A stretch of 64,000 nucleotides of DNA from the NCBI GenBank assembly GCA_965202805.1, contig OZ241869.1, forward strand, positions 1,792,001-1,856,000, in the 5' to 3' direction. Shown one piece after another: positions 10,461-19,606 of the stretch (position 1 is the first letter of the stretch; every line of letters begins with the position of its first letter). A program made the position numbers and the translations under genes. The notes below the pieces were generated by a model. The model saw nothing but the letters and a program-made list of their open reading frames with translations. It was not told where the DNA came from and did no database searches. The DNA is from Longimicrobiales bacterium (GTDB lineage: Bacteria > Gemmatimonadota > Gemmatimonadetes > Longimicrobiales > Gaopeijiaceae).

Positions 10461-11123
10461 ATGATGTCGCGACGGACTGGAATGGTGGTCGTGGTGGCCG
10501 TGTTGTTGCTGGGCGGATACTACCTGATGGCCGGTCGCCAGGGCGCCGTCCCGTCGTCGACTGACGGCGCTGCCGAGGCAGTGAACCAGGCGGCGAACCT
10601 GGGCCCCGCCGACGGCCGCGAGCTGCCCGGCCAGGACACCGGCCGGGTCATGGTCGGCAATCCGGCCCCCGACTTCTCGCTCCTCGCCTACTCGGGCGAG
10701 GTCATCACCCTCTCCGACTTCCGCGGCCAGAAGAACGTCGTCCTCGCCTTCTACCGCGGCCACTGGTGACCGTGGTGCGCCGGTCAGCTCGGGGAGCTGA
10801 GCGAAATGCTGGACGCCGACCAGCAGCTGGACGCGGAGATCCTCGCCATCTCCGTGGATGAACGCCCGGAGCAGCAGATGATGATCGACCGGGTCGCCGC
10901 CGAACAGGACCGCACCATCGACTACCACATCCTGGCCGACCCGGACCACGCCGTGATCGACCGCTACGGCCTCTTCAACGCCGACAGCCGGCGTCCGGTG
11001 CCCCACCCCGCCGTCTACGTCATCGACAGGGAGGGCGTGGTGCGCTGGAAGTTCATCGAGGTGGACTACCGCATCCGGCCCGGCAACGACGACGTGATGG
11101 CGGCCCTGGCGGCGATCGGCTGA
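10461..11123 (+). CDS. Peroxiredoxin-like (AhpC/TSA) selenoprotein, UxxC, UGA at 10767-10769
   Basis: ORFs 10461-10769 and 10806-11123 share a frame; read-through gives [44 protein letters not shown] motifs. Confidence 0.88.
10784..10800 (+). promoter_or_regulatory. Candidate bacterial SECIS hairpin
   Basis: TCAGCTC-GGG-GAGCTGA perfect stem with G-rich loop starting 15 nt after the UGA. Confidence 0.6.
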
Positions 11124-11190
11124 GGGATCACCGGGACCGGACTGTGTGTCGTAACACGCCGCTTCCGACGTAATATCCACAATAAATCAC

Positions 11191-11219
11191 TGTTCACGTC
11201 ATATCTGACGTCGTGGACA
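11191..11219. promoter_or_regulatory. Palindromic operator candidate upstream of the hipBA-like operon
   Basis: ACGTCA-TATC-TGACGT (11196-11211) inside a longer imperfect palindrome in an AT-richer intergenic stretch. Confidence 0.5.
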
Positions 11220-11268
11220 ACGTCATGCCCTTGACCTATCTTCGATGTGTTGAAGGGAGGTCAGGATT

Positions 11269-11583
11269 ATGGCTACGATCGTTGCCACGAGCCGCACGCC
11301 CGACGTGCTCCGCGAGATGGGAGCGCGCCTGAAGGCGCTCCGGCTCCAACAGAACCTGCGGGTCCAGGACCTCGCCGCCGACTCGGGGGTGAGCCCGCGC
11401 ACAATCGACCGCGTCGAGGCCGGACACAGCATCGGCACGGACAACCTGGTGCGGGTCATGCGCGGACTGGGTCGTCTCCAGGCCTTCGAGGCGTTTGTTC
11501 CGGTGCCCGAAGTGTCCCCGTACGAGATCGCGAGACTCAGAGGAAAGGTGCGTCAACGAGCTTCGAGGCGGGCCCGTGACTGA
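11269..11583 (+). CDS. XRE-family HTH protein, HipB-like antitoxin
   Basis: RLKALRLQQNLRVQDLAADSGVSPRTIDRVEAG HTH; GGGAGG RBS; overlaps toxin start. Confidence 0.85.
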   Translation: MATIVATSRTPDVLREMGARLKALRLQQNLRVQDLAADSGVSPRTIDRVEAGHSIGTDNLVRVMRGLGRLQAFEAFVPVPEVSPYEIARLRGKVRQRASRRARD

Positions 11584-12865
11584 CTACGCGTTGGTGCGGG
11601 TGCGACTCTGGGGGCGCGATATCGGTATTCTGGGAGAGTCTTCGACGGGGCGCGTGACCTTCGAGTACGATCCGGCCTTTCGTCGATCCGGGCTCGATAT
11701 TTCGCCGCTCCATCTTCCTGTTCGACGACGCGGTCCCGTCTCGTTTCCGGAGCTTGTCCGAAAGCCCGCTTTCCTCGGCCTGCCAGGCGTGTTCGCCGAC
11801 GCTCTGCCGGACCGATTCGGCAACGCCATCATCCGCCGGTATTTCGCGGAACGCGGGCGCTCGGGCGACGACATGTCCCCGCTCCAGCGACTCCTCTACA
11901 TCGGAGCCCGGTCGATGGGAGCCCTTGAATTCCATCCTGCGCTCGATCCGGGGGAGAGCACCGAGGAAGCCATCGAGCTGCGCACCCTGGTCGATCAGGC
12001 GCGGCGCGTCATCGAAGGAGACGTGTCGGTGGCCGTTCCCGAGATCATGCAGATCGGGGGCAGCGCGGGCGGTGCCCGTCCGAAGGCTCTCGTTCTCTGG
12101 AATCGGTCGACCAACCAGATCCGCTCGGGATTCGCTCGTCGCGAACCCGGCGAAGAGCCGTGGCTCATCAAGTTCGATGGGGTAACGCGAGATTCAGCGG
12201 GACAGGGCATGCGCAGCGAAAGGCAGCCCGGCCCCTGGGGACGCATCGAATACGCATACTCGTGCATGGCGAGAAACGCCGGCATCCGCATGGCCGAGAC
12301 TCACCTTCTGCGCGATGGCAACCTCGCTCACTTCATGACCCGTCGCTTCGATCGAGTGGCCGGAGAGGCCGGCGAGTCCAAGCTCCACTTCCACAGCCTG
12401 GGCGGACTTCAGCACATCGACTTCAACGATCAGTATGTGTTCAGCTACGAGGGCTACCTCGATTCCATCCGCGCCCTCGGTCTGGGGCAGCGATCGGTGA
12501 ACGAAGCCTATCGGCGAATGGCCTTCAACGTGGCGACCGTCAACTTCGACGACCACGTGAAGAACTTCGGGTTCCTGATGGAGCCCGGAGGTCGCTGGCG
12601 GCTGGCCCCGGCCTATGACGTGACCTACGCCGAAAACGAGGCGTGGACGCGGCAACATCAGATGTCCGTCAACGCGAAGTTCCGCGGCATCACGCGGAGC
12701 GACCTGCAGCAGGTGGGGAGGAACTACGACTTGCCGGACGACGGCGGCACGATCATCGACGAAGTTGTCGATTCACTGGGCCGCTGGCAGGAATATGCGT
12801 CAGCCGCCGGGGTGCCCGACAGCATGGTGGAACACCTGGAGCGCAGGTTCGAGCGGTTCCGATAG
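11576..12865 (+). CDS. hipA: HipA-family Ser/Thr kinase toxin
   Basis: Couple_hipA N-domain (LPDRFG), SAGGARPKA, DDHVKNFGFL, LAPAYDVT. Confidence 0.9.
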   Translation: MTDYALVRVRLWGRDIGILGESSTGRVTFEYDPAFRRSGLDISPLHLPVRRRGPVSFPELVRKPAFLGLPGVFADALPDRFGNAIIRRYFAERGRSGDDMSPLQRLLYIGARSMGALEFHPALDPGESTEEAIELRTLVDQARRVIEGDVSVAVPEIMQIGGSAGGARPKALVLWNRSTNQIRSGFARREPGEEPWLIKFDGVTRDSAGQGMRSERQPGPWGRIEYAYSCMARNAGIRMAETHLLRDGNLAHFMTRRFDRVAGEAGESKLHFHSLGGLQHIDFNDQYVFSYEGYLDSIRALGLGQRSVNEAYRRMAFNVATVNFDDHVKNFGFLMEPGGRWRLAPAYDVTYAENEAWTRQHQMSVNAKFRGITRSDLQQVGRNYDLPDDGGTIIDEVVDSLGRWQEYASAAGVPDSMVEHLERRFERFR

Positions 12866-12947
12866 GCTCTGGCATTCGTCCACAACCACCGAGGGCATGC
12901 TCGCTGCCCTGGCGGAGATCGGCTGAATCCCGGCAGCCCGCGGACGG

Positions 12948-15257
12948 CTAATCCTCCCCGAGCAGCTCCCGCATCTCCTCTTCCGTGAGCCCGATGCTGT
13001 CGAAGTCGATGTCCTGGTGGGGATCTTCGGCGCCGGGCGGAGGAGGGGGGGCGGCTCCGGGTGCGGCTGCGCCTGATGTCACGCCGGGTACCGTTACTCG
13101 GGGTGTGGTGCCGGATGTGGGCGCTCCGGGTGCGGCCTGAGGCGCCCTGGCCCCGGGCGTAGCCGGAACTTCCACGGCGACGTCTTCGGCTTTCTTCGAC
13201 TTCGTGCGCCGTTTGAGCGGACGCTGCGAGATGGGCCTTCCCCACCACGAACCCAGCACTTCCGCCAGCTCCACAGTGTCCCGGCTGCGGAAAAAGTAGC
13301 TGCGTCCCTTGACCGGGCGGAGGTGGATGCCGGGGCGGATCAGCCCGAACGCGAGCGGAGGGCTTCGCAGGACTGCGCGGCTGAGCCAGGCGCGGGAGCC
13401 GCGCTCCATCGCGATCTCCTCGATGTCGTCGGCCTTGAGGATGCGCGAGCGCCAGGCGCGCGACTTGACGCGGATGTGATCCTCGAAGAGGAGCAGCTTG
13501 CGTGGAGGCCACGCCGCGAGGACCGCCACGCCGGCGAGCAGAACGACGAGGATACCGCCGATGCCGGCGTGCTGAACGACATAGTCGTCGACGGGCGTAA
13601 TCCAGCGGTCCATCCCCCACCCGATGCCCACGGCGGCGATGCGCCCCAGAGCGAGCGCGAGCGCCACAATTCCGAGGGCATACGCCGTCCGCAGGAGGAC
13701 GGGCAGCCGGAAATGCGCGACGTAGCGGATCGCCTTCATCTCGACCGGCCGGGTCAGCGCCAACGCGACCACCTTCAGCGTGATCCAGACCAGCACGGCA
13801 ACCGCCAGCACCGCCATCCCCTGGCTCAGGGGCTGCGTGCGCGTCACCGACAGAACCTGCCGGGGCTCGTCGAATGTGCGGGCCGCGAAGGACGCGACCT
13901 GGCTCTGGGTCAGGTTCTCGAAGAAGGAGAGGATGTCCGGGAAGTCCGTGAAGGTGGCCGGATCGTAGAAGAGCTGCCGGGTCCAGGCGTTGAGGGACTC
14001 CGCGGTCTGGTTGGCGCCGCGAAGACGCTCGATCACCGCGGCGCGATCCGTTTCGAACTCGGCGGTGGCAAGCGAGCCCGACTGCAGGTATTCGATCTCT
14101 TCGGCGATGATCGCCGTGGCGAAGTCATAGTCGTCTTCGTCGATCCGGCTGCTCACCTGCAGGTACGCCGCCGGACCGCGCATCACCAGGCTCGCGCTCG
14201 CGCCGTACACGGCCTTGCGTTCCCCGTAGCGCAGTCGCTGGTTGAGCCTGCGGTTCAGGAGGTCGCGGACGAACAGCGCCGTCAGCAGCTCGTCGGAGTT
14301 CGCATAGAAGAGCTTGTGGCGGGACTGGTACTGCGTCGTGGACTGGAAGCCCCAGCGGTAGGTGGACCTTCCCCGCCCCGGGTCCTCGGCCGTGGTCGCC
14401 CAACGTTCGACCGGACGGGCGGGGAACGAGCCGAAGGTGCGCTGGGCGCGGTCGAGCGCCTCGTCCCGGTCGAGGTCGCCGACGATCGTGACGGTCATGA
14501 CCGCGGGCGAGTAGTACCGGTCGTAGAAGCCGCGCAGATCGTCCGGGGTGATGCCCTGCAGGCTCCGCCACATGTCCGGGAAGGGGGCACGCAGCCGCTC
14601 GATGCCGAACTCGCGCTCCCAGAAGTCGGGGGGCGCGAGCCACCCCGGGTTGAGCGCGGCCACGAGGTGGTCGAAGAACTCGCGCGGCCGGGCGCGGATC
14701 TCGTTCTCGACCGGCTGCCGCCCGCGGTCCACCACGGCCGGATCCATCTCGTGGGGCGACAGGATGCCGGCCAGCCACTCGATCGCAAACAGGCCGTGCT
14801 CCCGGCCGATCGTCACGTAGTACCAGGTGCGGTCGCGATAGGTGAAGCCGTTGCGCCGCCCGCCGATCCCCTCCACGGCCTCCTTGATCTCCTGCTCGGT
14901 GCGGCCGTCGTGGTCGGAGAAGAGCATGTGCTCGGTGAAGTGGGCGAGCTGCTCCTTGCCGGCCGGATCGGCGTCGGAGCCCACGGGCACGCCCGCGCTC
15001 ACCGAGACGTTGGGCGCGCCGGCGAGGTGTTTGAACCAGACCTTGACGCCGTTGGAGAGGAAGTGGGTCTCGAACCCGGCGAAAGGGTTGGAGGGGGCCG
15101 TCTCCCGGGCCGCGACACCGTTCGTGTCCACTGTGGATGCATCCGCGCGCGGCGGGCCGGTCTCACCTGTCTCCTGTCCCCGGGCACGCTCGGCGACGAG
15201 CGGCGACGCTGCGAGCAGGATGGCAACGAGTGCGGCGGGCCGGACGAGCGCGAGCAT
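12948..15257 (-). CDS. M16 (insulinase) zinc peptidase with C-terminal membrane extension
   Basis: LAHFTEHMLF (HxxEH), NGFT, FYDRYYSP..MTVTIVGD; about 3 TM helices and a Pro-rich/acidic tail; alternative start 15338. Confidence 0.85.
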   Translation of the reverse strand: MLALVRPAALVAILLAASPLVAERARGQETGETGPPRADASTVDTNGVAARETAPSNPFAGFETHFLSNGVKVWFKHLAGAPNVSVSAGVPVGSDADPAGKEQLAHFTEHMLFSDHDGRTEQEIKEAVEGIGGRRNGFTYRDRTWYYVTIGREHGLFAIEWLAGILSPHEMDPAVVDRGRQPVENEIRARPREFFDHLVAALNPGWLAPPDFWEREFGIERLRAPFPDMWRSLQGITPDDLRGFYDRYYSPAVMTVTIVGDLDRDEALDRAQRTFGSFPARPVERWATTAEDPGRGRSTYRWGFQSTTQYQSRHKLFYANSDELLTALFVRDLLNRRLNQRLRYGERKAVYGASASLVMRGPAAYLQVSSRIDEDDYDFATAIIAEEIEYLQSGSLATAEFETDRAAVIERLRGANQTAESLNAWTRQLFYDPATFTDFPDILSFFENLTQSQVASFAARTFDEPRQVLSVTRTQPLSQGMAVLAVAVLVWITLKVVALALTRPVEMKAIRYVAHFRLPVLLRTAYALGIVALALALGRIAAVGIGWGMDRWITPVDDYVVQHAGIGGILVVLLAGVAVLAAWPPRKLLLFEDHIRVKSRAWRSRILKADDIEEIAMERGSRAWLSRAVLRSPPLAFGLIRPGIHLRPVKGRSYFFRSRDTVELAEVLGSWWGRPISQRPLKRRTKSKKAEDVAVEVPATPGARAPQAAPGAPTSGTTPRVTVPGVTSGAAAPGAAPPPPPGAEDPHQDIDFDSIGLTEEEMRELLGED

Positions 15258-15350
15258 CGCTGACCGTGCCGATCCGGTTTCCGGTGATCGCCGGGGCGGC
15301 TTCCTCGCCCGCGCCCTTCCGCCGTGCGTACGCGCCATCCCGGTCCGAAA

Positions 15351-16226
15351 TCAGCTCGCGAGCGTGCGCTCGAGGTAGGCCTTGAGCCGCTCCCAGGCGT
15401 CCTGAGCGGGGGCGGTGCGCAACTCGGGATCGTCGTCAACGCGCAGCCAGAAGCCGTGGTTGACCGCGTCGTAGATGTGGACGTCGTTCTCGATGCCCTG
15501 GGCGCGCAGCGCGTCGACGAACTGGTTTACCTGCTCGGGCGGGATGCCGCCGTCCATCTCGGCGAAGGTCCCGTACACCTCGTGGTCGATCCCCGCCAGC
15601 ACCGCCGGGTCGGTCACCAGCCGTCCGTAGAAGATCGCGGTGGCGTCGTGATGCTCGCCCCCCAGCGCGTAGCTGAGCGCGATGCCGCCGCCGAAGCACC
15701 ACCCCATGGTGCCGATCGCCCCGGTCACGTCATCGCGCGCGCGCAGAAAGTTCACCGCCTCGTTCAGGTTTCCGATGATCGCGTCCGGTTCGGCGTTCGC
15801 TTCCGCCATGAGCGCCCGGTTCTCGTCCGGATTCGATCCGGTGCGGCCCTGGAACAGGTCTGCCGCCAGCGCTACGTACCCTTCATCGGCCATGGCGTCC
15901 GCGACCTGCCGCACCCGGTCGACAAGCCCATTCCATTCGTGGATCAGCACAAGTGCCGGAAAGGGGCCTTCCCCTTCGGGCACCGCCAGGTATCCGCGGG
16001 TGGCGTCGTCCCCGGCGAGATATTGGATGTCCTGCCCGCGCGGCGCGGGCGCGGTGCCGAGGATCGCGGCCGGGAGCCCATCATCCGCGGAGCCCATTTC
16101 GATGCGGACTTCCATGCCGCCGGACCCACCGGACTCCTCGCCCCCCTCGGAGGCGGGAGCACAGGCCAGGAGCGGCACGAGGAGACTGGTTCCGAGGATG
16201 CGCGAGAGCTGGGACGTGGATATCAT
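15351..16226 (-). CDS. Dienelactone hydrolase family lipoprotein
   Basis: Lipobox LLAC, LIHEWNGL, GWCFGGG, HGFW. Confidence 0.9.
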   Translation of the reverse strand: MISTSQLSRILGTSLLVPLLACAPASEGGEESGGSGGMEVRIEMGSADDGLPAAILGTAPAPRGQDIQYLAGDDATRGYLAVPEGEGPFPALVLIHEWNGLVDRVRQVADAMADEGYVALAADLFQGRTGSNPDENRALMAEANAEPDAIIGNLNEAVNFLRARDDVTGAIGTMGWCFGGGIALSYALGGEHHDATAIFYGRLVTDPAVLAGIDHEVYGTFAEMDGGIPPEQVNQFVDALRAQGIENDVHIYDAVNHGFWLRVDDDPELRTAPAQDAWERLKAYLERTLAS

Positions 16227-16394
16227 TTTTCCTCCCTGTGCCTGCGGCTTCTGATGGCCGAGAGCCGAATCAGAGCCGGAGTCGGGCCCATTGCCCGTGT
16301 TCTACGGAGGACTGTCGCCGCAGGCTTCACCCCTGCGAGTTCCTCCGGTTCTCCCAGGTCCGGATCGACACCCGCCCCCGCCGCGGCAGCGGCT

Positions 16395-17060
16395 CTATCG
16401 GGGGCCGGCGCGTTCTCCCCGGTACTCGATATGCAGCCTTGGCGTTCGTTCGTTGACCCGGATCCACATGCGTACTTCGTCATACGGGGGATCCGGGTTC
16501 CCGAACCCCATGCGCCATTCCTCGCGGTGATAGTTGTAGACGAAATACTCGCAGTCGGACTCGTAGACGGGCCGATGGGCGTTCCGGCGCGATGGCAGTT
16601 CGCCCTGGCGTTCGAGGTCGGGGTAGGTGCGCTGGATGTCGCGGGCCATCAGGTCCCAGATGGTCTGGCAGCTCTCCAGAGGCATCACCATCACGTAGGC
16701 TCCCTCGACCAGTTCACCGGTATCGGGATGAAAGTAGTAGCCGGCGAGGGCCGGCCGGCCCAGAAGCCGGACTTCAGTCGAGTAGATGCGCAGCCCTTCC
16801 CGTTCGCCCACCTGCTCGTTGCCGGCCAGCTCGGGGATATCCTCTACGCGGCTGCCCCACGTGTGTCCGCGAAAGCCGTCAACGATGGATTCCTGGGCGG
16901 CGGCGGGAGTCGCCTGACCCGTGAGTAACCCGGCAAATGCGACGCACAGCAGCCGCCACGAGCGTGTGCAGTGGACGACGGAGCGGCGATGACCGCGGGG
17001 GCGCAGGCCTTCCGCGCGCCGTCCGGAGGCCTCGCGCGCGCGTTCGATCATGTTCGGCAT
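16395..17060 (-). CDS. Hypothetical exported protein
   Basis: Signal-like segment ending AAA-Q, then GFRGHTWG; host-like codon usage; start uncertain. Confidence 0.6.
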   Translation of the reverse strand: MPNMIERAREASGRRAEGLRPRGHRRSVVHCTRSWRLLCVAFAGLLTGQATPAAAQESIVDGFRGHTWGSRVEDIPELAGNEQVGEREGLRIYSTEVRLLGRPALAGYYFHPDTGELVEGAYVMVMPLESCQTIWDLMARDIQRTYPDLERQGELPSRRNAHRPVYESDCEYFVYNYHREEWRMGFGNPDPPYDEVRMWIRVNERTPRLHIEYRGERAGPR

Positions 17061-17183
17061 GTCCCCAAGCTAGCGCCTCGGCCGATGAGGAGCGACTTCG
17101 CGTGCCTGCGGGATCGTTGCCAACCTGAAGCGGCACCAGGCAATCCCGAATTGCGTCGCGGGGGGGCCTGCGGTCCTTGCGCG

Positions 17184-17939
17184 TCAGTCCGCGTAGTCCT
17201 GGCCCTCGGCGTCCAGCACTTCCTTCATGCCCTCGAGATAGCCCGCTTCGCCCCAGGACTCGATGGACAGTTCGGCGTTTTGCTTCGCGGCCGCGGTTGG
17301 AATCGGCCGGATCTTCCCGCCCGCATGAAGCACAAGCAGTTCGTTCATGCAGGCCCGCTCCAGCTGATAGAGCCAGAGCATGGCCTTCTCGATGGTGTCG
17401 CCGACCACGAGCACTCCGTGGTTCGCGAGAAAAAGCACCCGTTTGTCGCCGAGGGCCTCGGCCATGCGCTCGCCTTCGTCGGACTCGGTGACGAGCCCAT
17501 CGTACCCGAAGTAGGCGCAGTTCCCGTAGAACACGGCCGCGTTCTGGCTTCCGCGCTCATCGAACCTCCATCCGTCGATGGAGGCAAGCGCGGTGCTGTA
17601 TGGGCCGTGGACGTGCAGCGCGCACACGATGTCGGGCCGCGCGCGCTGGATGGGAGCGTGGATGGCCCACGCGCTCACATTGAGCCTCCCTTCCCTGCCG
17701 AACGGTTTCCCGTCCGGCCCGACCTCGACGAGGCTGCTCGCCGTCACGCGCGAGAAATGCGTCTGCCCCGGCGTGATGAGCAGGTGCCCGGGTCGGCCCG
17801 GCACCTTGCAACTGAAGTGGTTCCAGGTGCCCTCGTGCATGTTCTCGTGCACCACGATCCGGTGCACTGCGGCGAAGTCGACGCGGCATGGCCTCGACAA
17901 GCAGGTGTCGCGTGCGACAGGGTCCGTGCCGTCCATCAA
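17184..17939 (-). CDS. Class II aldolase/adducin family protein
   Basis: EGTWNHFS, IHAPI, LHVH, LFLANHGVLVVG, LERAC. Confidence 0.9.
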   Translation of the reverse strand: MMDGTDPVARDTCLSRPCRVDFAAVHRIVVHENMHEGTWNHFSCKVPGRPGHLLITPGQTHFSRVTASSLVEVGPDGKPFGREGRLNVSAWAIHAPIQRARPDIVCALHVHGPYSTALASIDGWRFDERGSQNAAVFYGNCAYFGYDGLVTESDEGERMAEALGDKRVLFLANHGVLVVGDTIEKAMLWLYQLERACMNELLVLHAGGKIRPIPTAAAKQNAELSIESWGEAGYLEGMKEVLDAEGQDYAD

Positions 17940-18370
17940 AACACCAGCGCCTCCAGCGCGACGAGTATTCCAAGCGCCGCGCCCACGATACCACCCAGTT
18001 TGATCGTCATCCGGTGTTCAAGAGCGCGCATATCGGCGCGCAGCGACGCCTCGGTCTTCTCCAGATCGCCGCGCAGCTCGGTGATCTCGGCGCGCAGTGA
18101 CGCCTCGGTCTTCTCCAGGTCACTCCGAAGCGACGCCTCGGTCTTCTCCAGATCGCCACGCCCTGCAGTGATCTCGCCGCGCAGCGATGCTTCCATCTGC
18201 CGCATTTCACGACGGAGCGCGACTTCGGTTTCCTTCACCTGGCGCTTCGTGGCCAGGCTCTCGTCCACACACTGCGCCAAGGTATCCACGAGCACGCGAG
18301 CCTGATCCTCGCTGAAGCCCGCTTCCTGCCGCAGTCTGGTGGCTGCGGTGAGCGTGTCGAAGGCGATCAT
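17936..18370 (-). CDS. DUF1640/CCDC90-like coiled-coil membrane-anchored protein
   Basis: FDTL...GFSEDQA, LATK, three DLEKTEASLR repeats, MTIKLGGIV C-terminal TM. Confidence 0.8.
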   Translation of the reverse strand: MIAFDTLTAATRLRQEAGFSEDQARVLVDTLAQCVDESLATKRQVKETEVALRREMRQMEASLRGEITAGRGDLEKTEASLRSDLEKTEASLRAEITELRGDLEKTEASLRADMRALEHRMTIKLGGIVGAALGILVALEALVF

Positions 18371-18601
18371 GGTTCCCCTAATGTTGCCGCTTGTTACCGT
18401 TATGGCCAGAACGCGGCCCCCGAGGCGGAGCCAGCGAGCAGTGGCGATACCAATCTCGCGGTCGTTTCCGGGCGTGCGAATGGCGACCGGGGACGGTAGG
18501 GAGCCCGATTCGCGGGGTCGGCGCTCTTGCCGGTGCGCCCGCGCGCGCGCACGATCAGGTAAGACCTGCGGAACCGCCCACCAGCCGCTTGGAGATGTCC
18601 C

Positions 18602-19462
18602 ATGAGAACATCGTCGATGTCAATGTTCGCGCTCTCCCTCGCCGTCATTCTCTCAGCAGGCGCCGGAGAGGCTGCCGCCCAGGGAGAAAACATGCTCGAC
18701 ATGATGGAGTTCGAGCGTCCCATCGCGGCCCTGGACAACGTCTGGATCGAGGAGCTGACCATGCTCGAGGTCCGGGACGCGCTGCGCGAGGGCACCAACA
18801 CCGCCCTGATCCTCACCGGAGGGATCGAGGAGAACGGGCCCTACCTCACGACCGGCAAGCACAACCACGTGCTGCGGGTCATGGGCGATGCGATCGCGCG
18901 CCGGCTGGGGAACACCCTGGTCGCTCCCATCGTCACCATCGAACCCGGCAACCCTGAGACGGCAAGCTCGCCGGGCGGCATCCGCTTCTCGCAGGAGACC
19001 TACCAGGCCGTGCTGCGCGACATGGCGGTGAGCCTCAAGGTCCAGGGGTTCACGCGCATCTTCATGCTGGGTGACAGCGGCGGGAACCAGCGCGGCATGG
19101 CGGCCGTGGCCACGGAGCTCTCGGAGAGATGGGCGGCCGAGGACGTCGTCATCGCCCACATCCGCGAGTACTACAACTACGGCGACGTGCTGACGTATCA
19201 GCGCGAGGTGCTCGGGATCGACGAGGATCCCCGGCTGGAGGGCCTTCACGACGACTACTACATCACGTCGATCATCATGAACGACGATCCGCAGCATGTG
19301 AGGCTCCAGCAGCGCATCGCGGCCGACAAGGCGTCGATCAACGGCATCAGCATCCTCCCCGCCGAGCAAACCATCGAGCACGGCCAGAGGCTGATCGAGT
19401 TCCGCACCGATGCAACCGTCGAGGCGATCCACAGGGTGCTGATGGCGGCTCGTGGCGGTTGA
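18602..19462 (+). CDS. Creatininase family protein, exported
   Basis: WIEELT, TGGIEENGPYL..GKHN, GDSGGNQ; signal peptide. Confidence 0.9.
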   Translation: MRTSSMSMFALSLAVILSAGAGEAAAQGENMLDMMEFERPIAALDNVWIEELTMLEVRDALREGTNTALILTGGIEENGPYLTTGKHNHVLRVMGDAIARRLGNTLVAPIVTIEPGNPETASSPGGIRFSQETYQAVLRDMAVSLKVQGFTRIFMLGDSGGNQRGMAAVATELSERWAAEDVVIAHIREYYNYGDVLTYQREVLGIDEDPRLEGLHDDYYITSIIMNDDPQHVRLQQRIAADKASINGISILPAEQTIEHGQRLIEFRTDATVEAIHRVLMAARGG

Positions 19463-19496
19463 TGGAGGACCCGCCGATGGGCGACTCCGGTGACTG

Positions 19497-19571
19497 AAGT
19501 CTGCCATTTTGGCAGAGTTTTCGTCCCAGGGTGACCCAAGGGCCTCCACGTCCTGACATTTTGGCAGACTT
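19497..19571. promoter_or_regulatory. Pair of palindromic operator-like boxes
   Basis: TCTGCCA-TTT-TGGCAGA (19500-19516) and cCTGaCA-TTT-TGGCAGA (19552-19568), 52 bp apart. Confidence 0.55.
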
Positions 19572-19606
19572 TTCGAGTTTCTCGGTGCTTCCAATCCAAT
19601 GGAGCC

